Origin: Mustelus asterias
Lineage: Eukaryota
Length of the DNA stretch: 64,000 bases
Assembly: GCF_964213995.1 (NCBI RefSeq)
Contig: NW_027590170.1
Coordinates: forward strand, 806,001-870,000
Direction: 5' to 3'
Part shown: one piece after another, positions 49,397 through 61,509 of the stretch
Layout of the letters: every line of letters starts with the position of its first letter
Position numbering within the stretch: position 1 is the first letter of the stretch
Notes under the pieces: generated by a model
The model's database searches: none
Seen by the model: only the letters and a program-made list of their open reading frames with translations
Told to the model about the DNA's origin: nothing
Position numbers and translations under genes: made by a program

Positions 49397-49469
49397 TGTT
49401 TCTGCCTGGTTTCGAACCGGGGACTTTTCGCGTGTGAGGCGAATGTGATAACAACTACACTTCAGGAAC
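49397..49469 (-). tRNA. tRNA-Val(CAC), likely pseudogene
   Basis: Loop CT-CAC-AC; A-box and acceptor changes. Confidence 0.78.
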
Positions 49470-50384
49470 AGCTGACAATGCCCACGTGCAGTTTCACTTG
49501 TATCTGTCTTTTAGAGCACAGACTACCATTAGACATGTTTCAGATGGCGATTAACTACGTTAGTCTGCACCTATTAACCCTTTAAATTCTGTTGTAGACT
49601 GAACGAAATGCTGATGTGCGCATGCTGTCAAAATAGAAACATTTCTTTCCTGTCAGTGCGCGAAAATATTCAGCATTTATTTTACAGGAAGCATTTGAGG
49701 CCGACGTCAAGCAAAGATAACATGAATCGAGATTCGGATAATGTTCAGCAACAAACTGAAATCATTCAGATTTCTCTCACCCGACATGAAAAATCTTAAT
49801 GTATTCTCCTGCCCGATTTCGGACCGGGGTCCTTTACAAGCACTACAGTACAGAAACAAATGACAGCATATCGCCCTCAATCGGCCTGGCTACAATGCTG
49901 AACTCCACTTTGTTGCTGCAGGTTCGCATGGTTAGATTGAGAACCCATGCCACTTAATTCAAGAACACACTCGTTACTTTCAACCTGATGTATCAACTTA
50001 TCTTGGACTTCCAAATTAAAAAGCGTTCCTCCAGCAAATGTCTGAGGGAACTCAATGCGTTAAAGCTCAATTGTTTCAGTTCAGAGTTCAGACGATGTTG
50101 AGTAATATCCGGCCCCAATGGTGATAGGTTCATTCCTTTCCAGCAGGAGACACCCAATCAGCTCACAGCTCCTTTATCCTACATTTCACCCAATCAGCTC
50201 CGAGTGTCTTCAGTCTCCAATTCATGACGTCAGAGGGAGGAGCAGGAACCATTTGAATCTCTTCTCAGAACAATGCGCTGAACAGAAGAACATAAGAGAA
50301 TAGGGAAGAGGTGTTGCAATGGACCATTTGCTCTTTCATTAGGGCCTGTTCCGCCATTCAGTAAAATCATTGTTGCTCTCCCTC

Positions 50385-51460
50385 ACAGTAAGAATTCTCG
50401 CAACACCAGGTTAAAATCCAACAGGTTTATTTGGTGGCACGTGCTTTCTGACCACTGCTCCTTCATCAGGTGAGTGGAGAGTTGGGTTCACAAACAGGGC
50501 ATAGAAAGACACAGACTCAATTGCAAGATAATGGTTGGAATGCGAGTCTTAATAGGGAATCAATTATTTACAGGTTCAGACAATGCGAGTGGAGAGGGGG
50601 ACAGTGACAGGTTAAAGCAGTGTGAATTGGCTCAAGCCAGGCCAGTTCGTATGATTTTGCAAGCCCAGGCCAAATGGTGGGGGATACAAGTCGAGTGACA
50701 TGAACCCAAGATCCCGGATGAGGCCGTTCTCATGTCTATGGAATTTGGCAATCAGTTTCTGCTCAGCGATTCTGCGTTGTCGTGCGTCTTTGAAGGCCGC
50801 CTTGGAGAACGCTTACCCGAAGATTCGAGGTTGAATGCCCTTGACTGTTCCCCGACAGGAAGAGAATACTCTGCCCGGGTGATTGTCGAACGGTGTCCAT
50901 TCATCTACTGTCGTAGCGTCTGCATGGCCTCGGCGATGCACCATGCTTTGGGATATCCTTTCCTGCAGCGTATGAGGGAGACAACGTTGGCCGAGTTGCA
51001 TGTGTATGTATCGTCTACATGGTGGATTCTGTTCTCACGTGTGATGATGGCATCCGGGTCGATGATCCAACACATCTTGCAGAGGTTGCCGTGGCAGGGT
51101 TGTGTGGTGTCGTGGTCGCTGTTCTCTTGAAGGCTGGGTAGTTTTCTGCGAACAATGGTCTGTTTGAGGTTGCTCTGTTATTTGAAGGCAAGTAGTGGGG
51201 GCGTGGAGATGGCCTTCGCGTGATATTCGTCTTCATCGATTGTACGCTGAAGGCTCCAAAGGAGATGTCATCGCTTCTGCCACTCCGAAGAAGATAGGCT
51301 TCTGCACTCTGGGGACGTACTGGAGGAGGAAGGGGACTCTGACGGCCGTGTCCCGTACTTGTCTTCTGAGGTGGTCGGTGCGGTTTTGTGCTGTGGCGTG
51401 TCGGAACTGTCGATCGATGAGTCAAGCGCAATATCCTGTTCTGACAAGGTTGTCTGTCAA
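50385..51460 (-). mobile_element. Penelope-like element 3' part (GIY-YIG + pLTR with HHR remnant ~50439-50474)
   Basis: Homologous to 14400-15403. Confidence 0.88.
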
Positions 51461-51538
51461 AAACGACACCGCAGTGACTCCTGCGTTCAACCTGAGCTGT
51501 TGGACTTTAGCTCCAAGGACGGAAAATTGCATCAACTC

Positions 51539-51620
51539 TGGCAATAGTGGGATCCGAACCCACGCCTCGAGAGAGACTGGAGCCTAAATTCAACTCCTTA
51601 GACCGCTCGGCCACGCTACC
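51539..51620 (-). tRNA. tRNA-Leu(TAG), probably a pseudogene
   Basis: GGTAGCGTGGCCGAGCGGTCTAAGG..TT-TAG-GC..GGTTCGGATCCCAC; stem mismatches. Confidence 0.82.
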
Positions 51621-51745
51621 ACACAGGGAAGCGTGGTAGTCATGTCGTTTCTTTGCATTAATACTGAAATATATCAAAATCCGTGGAGTTGGGATGGGCA
51701 ATGACGAAATCGTCCCCGAATGAGGTGATCTCATTGTTTAATGAG

Positions 51746-52184
51746 CTCTTTGTTTAACTGGAGTGAGACTGGGGGAGAGAGTCTTAGCAGGAGTGCTGAG
51801 AGTAAGCTAAGAAGTGATTTAATTATTCATTTATTCATTTAAGGGTATTCCTAGTATATTTCGCGGGCTTTTTTCAGGGTTTTGAATTGAGGAAGTGAGG
51901 TCAGCTGAAGGGGATTCTGGGAGGTTGAGTCTTAGTATAAAAGGCAGTTACCTGGGGGGTTCGATCTCTTTGTTTAACTGGAGTGAGACTGGGGGAGAGA
52001 GTCTTAGCAGGAGTGCTGAGAGTAAGCTAAGAAGTGATTTAATTATTCATTTATTCATTTAAGGGTATTCCTAGTATATTTCGCGGGCTTTTTTCAGGGT
52101 TTTGAATTGAGGAAGTGAGGTCAGCTGAAGGGGCTTCTGGGAGGTTGAGTCTTAGTATAAAAAGCAGTTACCTGGGGGGTTCGA
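51746..52184 (+). repeat. 220-bp tandem duplication in the CR1 5' UTR
   Basis: 51746-51965 vs 51966-52184, two visible substitutions. Confidence 0.9.
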
Positions 52185-52371
52185 CGGGAGCATAAAAATC
52201 CGGGTGCAGCGGGCAGCGTCGGGAGCGGGCAGTGGAGTGAGTGGGTAGCTGAGTGTGCACTATAAGGGCTTTGGCTCACAGGGCTTGGGCTGAAAGGGCG
52301 AGGCAAGGCTAGTTATTTTTTTACCCATCCCTATAAAGGACAAGGGCAGGTATGAGTGATCGGCCAGTTCA

Positions 52372-53364
52372 GTGCTTCCGATGTGGGAGTTCTTGCAAAC
52401 ACCTAGCTTCCCACAGGTTCACATATGTGCCAGGTGCGTGGAACTGCAGCTCTTGAGGGACCGTGTCAGGGAACTGGAGCTGCAGATCGCTGACCTTCGG
52501 CTAGTCAGGGAAAATGGGAGAAAAATTGACAGCAGTTATAGGCAAGTAGTTACACCGGGGCATCGGGAGAATGACACGTGGGTCACAGTTAGGAGGAGTA
52601 AAGGGCAGAAGGGTAAAGTACAAGGGAGGACTCCAGTGGTGGTCTCTCAAAATAGGAAGGGCTTGGTGACAAGTGTGAGAGGGGAGGGGAGTGAAAAGTT
52701 AGAAGAGGCGTCACCTGTGGTTGTCCCACTCCAAAACAGGTATATTGTTTTAGATAGTGTGGAGGAGTGTGCCTCTCCAGTGGTAAGACACAGTGACCAG
52801 GTCACTGGCACACAGTCAGGCTCTGTGGCCCGGAAAGGGAAGAGAGGGGTTAGGAGAGCGATAGTGGTGGGGGATGCATCAGTTAGAGGCACAGACAGGC
52901 GATTCTGCGGGGCCGAACGGGACTCCAGGATGGTAGTCTGCCTACCTGGTGCTGGGGTCACAGATGTCTCCGAGCGGATAGGAGGCATATTAAAAGGGGA
53001 AGATAAAGAAACAGATGTCATTATACACATTGGTGGAAATGACGTAGATAGGAAGAGTAGAGGGGTCCTAAGAGAGCAATTCAGGGAGTTGGGAAATAGG
53101 TTAAAAAGTAGGGTCACTAGGGTGGCCATCTCTGGGCTGCTCCCAATGCCTCGTGCCAGTGAGGCTAAGAATAGGGAGTTGGTACAAACGAATGCCTGGC
53201 TAAAGGACTGGTCCAGGAGGGAGGGCTTTATTTTCATAGATCAATGGGAGGTTTTCAGGAGAGGATGGCACCTGTACAAGAGGGAGGGGTCACAACTAAG
53301 TTGGAAGGGCACAAATATCCTGGCTGGGAGCTTTGCTAGTGCAGTTCGGGGGGGTTTAAACTAG
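52372..53364 (+). CDS. CR1 ORF1 (CxxC + leucine zipper, SGNH/GDSL esterase-like); true start probably slightly upstream and frameshifted
   Basis: HICARC-VELQLLRDRVRELE; IVVGDASV, CLPGA, IIHIGGND. Confidence 0.88.
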   Translation: MLPMWEFLQTPSFPQVHICARCVELQLLRDRVRELELQIADLRLVRENGRKIDSSYRQVVTPGHRENDTWVTVRRSKGQKGKVQGRTPVVVSQNRKGLVTSVRGEGSEKLEEASPVVVPLQNRYIVLDSVEECASPVVRHSDQVTGTQSGSVARKGKRGVRRAIVVGDASVRGTDRRFCGAERDSRMVVCLPGAGVTDVSERIGGILKGEDKETDVIIHIGGNDVDRKSRGVLREQFRELGNRLKSRVTRVAISGLLPMPRASEAKNRELVQTNAWLKDWSRREGFIFIDQWEVFRRGWHLYKREGSQLSWKGTNILAGSFASAVRGGLN

Positions 53365-56283
53365 TATGGCAGGGGGGTGGGGATCAAACTATTAGGTCTA
53401 TAAGTTTGGTGGCTGGGGACGAGCTTGGGGCTGGGACAAGGCTGGCAAAGAAGAAGAGCACTCTGGGGGAGGACGACCTCACTGAGCCTGGAGGTCTGGA
53501 GTGCTTATACTTCAATGCAAGGAGCGTAGCAGGTAAGACAGACGAACTTGGGGCCTTAATGCGCACGAGGAATTTGGATGCGGTTGCGGTGACAGAGACT
53601 TGGTTGAAAGAGGGGCAGGACTGGCAGCTGAATATTCCAGGGTACAAGTGTTTTAGGCGAGACAGAGGAGGGGCCAAAAGAGGGAGTAGCGGTATTAGTT
53701 GGAGAGCATATTACAGCGGTGCAGAGGGAGGACAATTCAGAGGAGTCGTGTAACGAGTCACTCTGGGTGGAGCTTAGAAACAGGAAAGGCGCAGTCACTA
53801 TGTTGAGGGTGTACTACAGGCCCCCCAACAGCCCAAGGGAAGTGGAAGAATGGATATGTCAGGAGATACTGGATAGGTGCAGGAAATATAGGGTTGTTGT
53901 AGTGGGAGACTTCAATTTCCCTGGTATAGACTGGAAATCGCTGAGGGCAGGGACTCTGGATGGGGAGGTATTTGTAAAATGTGTACAGGAGGGTTCGTTG
54001 GAACAATATGTAGACAGCCCGACTAGAGAGGGGGCTATACTGGACCTGGTACTGGGGAATGAGCCCGGTCAGGTCTTCAAAGTTTTGGTTGGGGAACATG
54101 TGGCAAATAGTGACCACAATTCTGTTAGCTTTAGGATAGTGATGGAAAAGGATGAGTGGTGTCCCAAGGGTAAGGTGTTGGATTGGGGGAAGGCTAACTT
54201 TATTGGGATCAGGCAGAAATTGGCAGCTCTTGATTGGGAGAGGCTGTTTGAGGGTAAATCCACATCTGGTATGTGGCAGTATTTTAAGGAACGGTTGTTA
54301 GGGCTACAGGACAAGCATGTGCCTGTAAAAAAGAAGGATAGGAAGGGTAGGATTAGAGAACCGTGGATAACCAGGGAAATTGAGGGACTGGTCAAAAAGA
54401 AAAGAGAGGCGTATGTTAGGTCCAAGCAGCTAAAAACGGAGGGAGCTCTGGAGGAGTACAATGAAAGTAGGAAAGTACTCAAACGGGGAATTAGAAGAGC
54501 AAAAAGAGGTCACGAAATGTTCTTGGCAGACAGGATTAAGGAGAATCCCAAGGCATTTTAGTCATACGTTAGGAAAAAAAGGGTTGTTAGGGAAAAAATC
54601 GGACCTCTCAGGGACAAAAGTGGGGACTTATGCTTGGAGCCCAAAGAAGTAGGGGAGATCCTAAATGAATACTTTGCGTCGGTATTCACAACGGAGAGGG
54701 ATGTGTTGAATGGGAGTGTCTCTGGGGGGAGTGTTGAACCGTTGGAGAAAATCTCCATTACAAAGGAGGAAGTGTTAGGTTTGTTAGAGAATATAAAGAC
54801 TGACAAATCCCCAGGGCCTGATGGAATCTATCCAAGGCTGCTCAGGGAGACGAGAGGTGAAATCGTTGGGCCTCTGACGCAAATCTTCGTCTCGTCACTG
54901 GACACAGGTGAGGTCCCAGAGGATTGGAGGATAGCCAATGTGGTCCCGTTATTTAAGAAGGGCAGGAAGGATAACCCGGGTAATTATAGGCCGGTGAGCT
55001 TGACGTCCGTGGTGGGGAAGTTGTTGGAGAAGATTCTTAGAGATAGGATGTATGCGCATTTAGAAAGGAATAAACTCATTAACGATAGTCAGCATGGTTT
55101 TGTGAGAGGGAGGTCATGCCTCACTAACCTGGTGGTGTTTTTTGAAGAAGTGACCAAAATGGTTGACGAAGGAAGGGCCGTGGATGTTGTCCATATGGAC
55201 TTTAGTAAAGCGTTTGACAAAGTCCCTCATGGTAGGCTATTAAAAAAGGTTGGATCCCATGGGATAAAGGGGGAGGTGGCTAGATGGGTGGAGAACTGGC
55301 TTGGTCATAGAAGACAGAGGGTGGTAGTGGAAGGGTCTTTTTCCGGCTGGAGGCCTGTGACTAGTAGTGTACCGCAGGGCTCTGTATTGGGACCTCTGCT
55401 GTTTGTGATTTATATAAATGATCTGGAAGAAGGAGTAACTGGGGTGATCAGTAAGTTTGCGGACGACACAAAACTGGCAGGACTTGCAGATAGTGAGGAA
55501 CATTGTCAGAGGCTACAGAAGGATATAGATAGGCTGGAAATTTGGGCAAGGAAATGGCAGATGGAGTTCAATCCTGATAAATGCGAAGTGATGCATTTTG
55601 GTGGGAATAATGTAGGGAGGAGCTACACGATAAATGGAAGAACCATAAAGGGTGTAGAGACGCAGAGGGACCTGGGTGTGCAAGTCCACAGATCTTTGAA
55701 GGTGACGTCACAGGTGGAGAAGGTGGTGAAGAAGGCATATGGCATGCTTGCCTTTATAGGACAGGGAATAGAGTATAAGAGTTGGGGTCTGATGTTGCAG
55801 ATGTATAGAACGTTGGTTCGGCCGCATTTGGAATACTGCGTCCAGTTCTGGTCGCCACACTACCAGAAGGACGTGGAGGCTTTGGAGAGAGTACAGAGGA
55901 GGTTTACCAGGATGTTGCCTGGTATGGAGGGGCTTGGTTATGAGGAGAGATTGGGGAAACTGGGGTTGTTCTCCTTGGAAAGACGGAGGATGAGGGGAGA
56001 CTTAATAGAGGTGTATAAAATTATGAAAGGCATAGATAGGGTGAACGGTGGGAAGCTTTTCCCCGGGTCGGTGGTGATGTTCACGAGGGGTCATAGGTTC
56101 AAGGTGAAGGGGGGGAGGTTTAACACAGATATCAGAAGGACATATTTTACACAGAGGGTCGTGGGGGCCTGGAATGTGTTGCCGGGCAAGGTGGTGGAGG
56201 CGGACACACTGGGAACGTTTAAGACTTATCTAGACAGCTATATGAACGGAATGGGAATGGAGGGATACAAAAGAGTGGTCTAG
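53355..56283 (+). pseudogene. CR1 ORF2 (endonuclease + RT) disrupted by a frameshift (~53680) and TAG at 54559-54561
   Basis: CLYFNARS, VGDFN, SDHN, NYRPVSLT, FADD across three ORF pieces. Confidence 0.92.
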
Positions 56284-58094
56284 TTTGGACCAGGGAGCGG
56301 CGCGGGCTAATTGTTCCTTGTTTCTCGTTTCAAGGCTTCATTCTATGATCATCTTGCTGGTGCCAGTACAGAGCGAGACTGCGGATAGTTGGGAACCTCT
56401 CTCGGGGGCAGGGAATTCATATGGTGTTCGTGGAAGTGGAAATGAATAGGGTTGGGAAGCATTTTCCGATCAGGGCCAGTGTGATCTCTTGGATTCGTTT
56501 CGATCGCCTCAGGGGGTCGGAGAGGAATTTCCCAGATTTTTTTTCCCCATATTGGCCCTGGGGTTTTCACTCTGGGTTTTCGCCTCTCCCTGGAGATCAC
56601 ATGGTCTGGAAGGGGGCGGGGGTGGGGGTGAGTTAATAGGTTGTGATGAACAAAGCATCGTAGCTGTGAGGGACAGCTCGGTGGATAGGATATTGGTATG
56701 TCGATAGGCTGGAAAATTGGGCGGGGATCCTGGATTCAGGATTCAATCCTGGACCGGGGAGCGGCGCGGGCTTGGAGGGCCGAAGGGCCTGTTCCTGTGC
56801 TGTATTGTTCTTTGTACTTTGTTCTTTGATCCTGAAATGTGAAGCAAACAAAAATCACCTCCAGTCAGAAACACAATGAGCTGCAGTGAAGGGCCGGCTC
56901 CATTTAAACTGTCCTTAACCTCGTCTGGCTCCCAGAAAGGACAATATGGCTTCCTGTTGAACTTGAGGAAGGAACAGGACACAAGGCGAGACTGAAATTT
57001 GTGCGTTCTGCCAGGAAATAACTGATATTTGTTCTCACGGTTTGAAGGAGAGCAATAAATCTTCATTTCCTGACCTGCAATCAAAACAGCAGTGAAAGTT
57101 TCAAACTCTAACCACCAGACCAACAGATTACAACGTGTTTTACAATTTGCTCTGTCCACGATCCTTTTGTTATTTTAATTTCCACGCCAGACCACTTGCA
57201 CCACAAACTTCTCCTGCAAAATGGCACCTTCTGTTTCAACACCAGAGAAGTGTTCAGCCAATTACAGGAATAATTCCACGACAGTTATCGCGTCCGCCTC
57301 CCACGGCATGAAACTGGTAGAATTTTTTCCCCAAATCATTTTCATTGCAGACTGAGGGCAAAGTTCTCTTATTCATATATTTGCAATTTTTAAATAGTCT
57401 GATGGGCTTCTCCTGCATTTTCTAATTGTGAAGTCAGGGGTCACTCATTAAAAATGGCAGAAGGTGAGGTTTGTCACAGAAAACTAGGGAGGATGTATTA
57501 TTTGACACAAGGAATGATAGACAAGGCAACATTGAGCTGGTGATGGCGGAACTCGGGGTTCCAATGGTGCAAAGTCATCGTTTTCACGACCATGGGCTCG
57601 ATGGCAGGTGACAAATGTGGAAATAAGCAGAGTATTTTTTTTAAAATGAGAAACCTGTCTGTTGTGTGCCGGAAGGGAAGGAAGAGAATGGCTAAAATGA
57701 CGATGATCCGCTGATTGGGAAAGTCACTGTCAGCTTCCCTGCTGGACCAGTGGTTTGGATTTGGCACTTTCATCACTGTGGTCTGGAATGAATTCCCAGC
57801 CAGAGATTAATTCGTTTGTGTTGCTGTGTGAACTGACACCATGAAAAGCAATCCCTCATTGAATGAAACCAGATCTGGCAGCGTCTGTGGAGTGAGAAAC
57901 AAAACCAATCTTGCAGCTGGATCTTTCATCAGAGCTGGAAATGTCAGAAATGTGACAGATGGAAAACAGTTGCTTGGCTATGATTCCAAAATATTGTGAG
58001 GGGCTTGAGGGGCGAAATGTTCTATCCAAAATCCCAATTATATTCTAACACGTTGCCGATATCACTCTGAGCAACAGTTAGCACGTGGCTTCGA

Positions 58095-58176
58095 CTGGTA
58101 TTGGGCCGAATGGTTTTCGTTGCTTAATTTAAACTTCATATCTGAAACTGTGTGCGTTCAAATCCCGCTACTGCCA
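58095..58176 (+). pseudogene. tRNA-Leu-like pseudogene
   Basis: GGCCGAATGGTT..GTTCAAATCCCGCTACTGCCA, highly diverged. Confidence 0.45.
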
Positions 58177-58337
58177 AAAAGTGCAGCTCATTTGTCTGTT
58201 CGACAAGTGGCATTTTGTCAGGAAGAAAAAAGAGTGATGAAAGGTGCAGCGTGACCTCCTCGGACCAAATGTTCCCTTTTGTTGTTGTAACTATTCAATA
58301 GTTTTATATGAGTAACACTAACACATTGACACCGGTT

Positions 58338-58415
58338 GCACTGGTGGCCAAGCGGCTTAGGCGGTGGATTTGAAATTGCTGTTTTATCACGAAGATTTGA
58401 ACCTCCCCCACTGCG
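58338..58415 (+). pseudogene. tRNA-Ser(TGA)-like pseudogene
   Basis: GCACTGGTGGCCAAGCGGCTTAGGCGGTGGATTTGAAA..CTGCG. Confidence 0.55.
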
Positions 58416-59139
58416 CTGCTCAGCATTAATTCCTGTAGGTGACTGCAGAATTAATTATTCGTTCAATGGAATCAAAACATTCCAAATATTCCCATCTGTT
58501 TTTCCTGCTTTACTTCCCCGTTCCTTCATTTCTGTTCATCAGCTTGAATTCACCAAAACCCCAGCCAGAAATGGAACAAAACTGAACCTAGTTGGTGACA
58601 TCCTTGATCTATGGGTGTTTGTGTCTTGTCAGCCCTCTGTCAGTCTCGGTGTCTGTGTGTATTCCTCTGTGCATCTGATTCAGTTCCCAGAGGGGTTGAA
58701 AACATTTTTACCATCACAAACTGAGGTCACTTATTCATGTACCTGAATGGCAAATGGGACAGAGAATAACAACATGTTTGAAAGTTGCGAGAAATGTTGA
58801 ATGATTGAGGCTGTTTTTGACTGGCTATTGCTTATTGACTCAATGGCCGTATGTTACACAGCAGATGATGATTGAAATTTTCACTGATCAACATTTAAAC
58901 AGACAGTGGATTCACTCGGTGTGATGGTGTGTTCCAGTTCTATATCTGCAACTACAGTTACTGTGAATCCCATATTTCGAATAGGTTGGAACGATGCAGC
59001 AGCATGAACTAATATATCTCATTTTATTTGAAATGAATATTCATCGATCGATTTGTATGACAACTTACTGAATAGCAACAAGACTGGCAAAGTTTGGACA
59101 GTACTTCCCTGTTGCAGAAGGACACAAAGAATATCTATG

Positions 59140-60112
59140 TCGGAATATATTGGTGGAGTAGTGGATGAGGTGGAGGGCTGTTGTAGGCTGCAAAGAGACT
59201 TAGATAGGATGCAAAGCTGGGCTGAAAAATGGCAAATGGAGTTTAACCCTGATAAATGTGAGGTGATTCATTTTGGTAGGACTAATTTAAATGTGGATTA
59301 CAGGGTCAAAGGTGGGGTTCTGAAGACTGTGGAGGAACAGAGAGATCCTGGGGTCCATATCCACAGATCTCTAAAGGTTGCCACTCAAGTGGATAGAGCT
59401 ACGAAGAAGTGTGTTAGCTTTTATTAACAGGGGGTTGGAGCTTAAGAGCCGTGGGGTTATGCTGCAACTGTACAGGACCTTGGTGAGACCACATTTGGAA
59501 TATTGTGTGCAGTTCTGGTCACCTCACTATATGAAGGATGTGGAAGCGCTGGAAAGAGTGCAGAGGAGATTTACCAGGATGCTGCCTGGTTTTGAGGATA
59601 GGTCTTATGAGGAAAGGTTGAGGGAGCTAGGGCTGTTCTCTCTGGAGCGGAGGAGGCTGAGGGGAGACTTAATAGAGGTTTATAAAATGATGAAGGGGAT
59701 AGATAGAGTGAACGTCCAAAGACTATTTCCTCGGCTGGATGGAGCTACTACAACTATAAGGAGAAATTTCTTCACTCAAAGGGCTGAGAATATTTGGCAT
59801 CCTCTGTACTTGGCAGTTATGTAGGCCCCATCATCGAGCATATTTAATGTTGGGATCAACTATAGTGTTCATGGTGGGAGATATAGGAAGGATATCTGAG
59901 GTAGGTTCTTTACGCAGAGAGTGGTTGGGGTGTGGAATGGACTGCCTGCAGTGATAGTGGGGTCAGACACTTTAGGAACATTTAAACGGTTATTGGATAG
60001 GCACATGGAGCACAGCAGGATGATAGGGAGTGGGATAGCTTGATCTTGGTTTCAGATAAAGCTCGGCACAAAATCGTGGGCCGAAGGGCCTGTTCTGTGC
60101 TGTACTGTTCTA
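59140..60112 (+). mobile_element. CR1 3' fragment containing a 105-nt templated insert
   Basis: RT C-terminal ORFs 59053-59824; tail GGCCTGTTCTGTGCTGTACTGTTCTA. Confidence 0.9.
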
Positions 60113-60409
60113 GAAACAGGAATTGAGGGAGTCTATTTGGCTCGGGGTGCTCTGAAACCTCCAGCCTTCCAGTTGGCAGCTAACTTTACTGAACAAGTTT
60201 CCTACAGAAATCCTGCAGTGGTTTAAATTCAGGGCTTTCACTGCCTGGATCCAATTCAATTCGCAGTCTCGATATTGTGCTAATTGTTATAATTCACACT
60301 CGGTTACGGTTTGAAAAGAGTGATATTGAACACGGAAACTTAACTCTGTCTTGATCCACATTTTTTGCATGCCCTGCTGAGAAATCCCAGCACTTTCCAT
60401 TTTTATTAC

Positions 60410-61120
60410 AACATGAATCATTGGAGGAGAAGCAGACCATTCGGTCCATGGAGACCTTTCCGCCATTCAACGCCATCATGGCTGATCTTGAGCGACAACT
60501 CAGCTTTTCCACCAGCTCCCTATATTCCTGAATTCCCCAAGAAACCAGAAACCTGTTGATCCCAACATTAAATATGCTCGATGATGGGGCCTACATAACT
60601 GCCAAGTACAGAGGATGCCAAATATTCTCAGCCCTTTGAGTGAAGAAATTTCTCCTTATCTTAGCCCTAAATGATCAGCCAGTTATCTGTGCCGCCGTGG
60701 GTTAGATTACCCGAGCAGCAGAAAAATAATCTCTTATCTCCATCCTTTCAATCCAAATTTGAACTGTATAAGTTTAATGAGATCGCCGCTCATTCTTCGA
60801 AACTCCAGAGAATTTCAGCCCAATTTACTCAGCCTCTCTTCACAGGACAACTCCCACATCTCGGGACCAATCTGTTCAGCATTCTCTGTACCGTTCCTAA
60901 TGAAGGCATATCCTTAATTAAACGTGAATATCATAACTGCTCTGAATATTCAACATGTGGTCTCAACAAATCTAAATGCTGCAACACCTCGTTATTCTTG
61001 TACTCCAGTCTGCCGGCATTAAATACCAAAATGCAACTTCGCTTCCTAGTTATTTGCTGAACCTACATGCTAGCTTTATGCATTGCTTGTATAAAACACC
61101 GATTTTGCTTTGAATTTTAA
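60410..61120 (-). mobile_element. old CR1 3' fragment
   Basis: Diverged CR1 3' UTR and ORF2 end. Confidence 0.7.
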
Positions 61121-61202
61121 CACTTAACTTTTTCAAATATTTCCTGCTCTTCTATTTTTACGAAGAAGAGAATATCTATTCACTTTCCAAAATTACAGCA
61201 GA

Positions 61203-61283
61203 TCTAGGGGTATGATTTTCGGTTTGGGCATTTCAAAGCTAAATGGTGGCGAGAAGTATGGGGTTCAAATCCCAGACGAGCCG
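61203..61283 (+). pseudogene. tRNA-Pro(TGG) pseudogene with intron-like insert
   Basis: TCTAGGGGTATGATTTTCGGTT-TGG-G, ~18-nt insert, GCGAGAAG..GGTTCAAATCCCAGACGAGCC; 5' acceptor strand lost. Confidence 0.7.
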
Positions 61284-61509
61284 TTTAATGTTGTTTCTTA
61301 TTGCCGAATCCGCAGATTTTGTTCATTTATTTCCGGTACAGAAGGCGGGATTGGTTCACACGGGGTTTGGTTTGAGAACCTGAGCACAAGCTGCAGGGAA
61401 TCCATCAGCCCAACACTCTCGCTAGAAAAACATTTTCAAAAGGGTTGACTTGTCAGGGAATATTCATTTGATCACCATTCACCAGTTCAATGGACCCCAT
61501 GATTGCCCA

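Larger units (their letters stand above)
42875..50050 (-). repeat. tandem array of ~1.1-1.2 kb units, each carrying a tRNA-Val copy
   Basis: Unit marker GATCCGCACTGAGTCTCGATT near 42890, 44898, 46119, 47886, 48962; eight Val-like copies. Confidence 0.92.
51746..56828 (+). mobile_element. full-length CR1 LINE
   Basis: 5' UTR with a 220-bp tandem duplication, ORF1, ORF2, (TTGTTCT)n tail. Confidence 0.95.
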
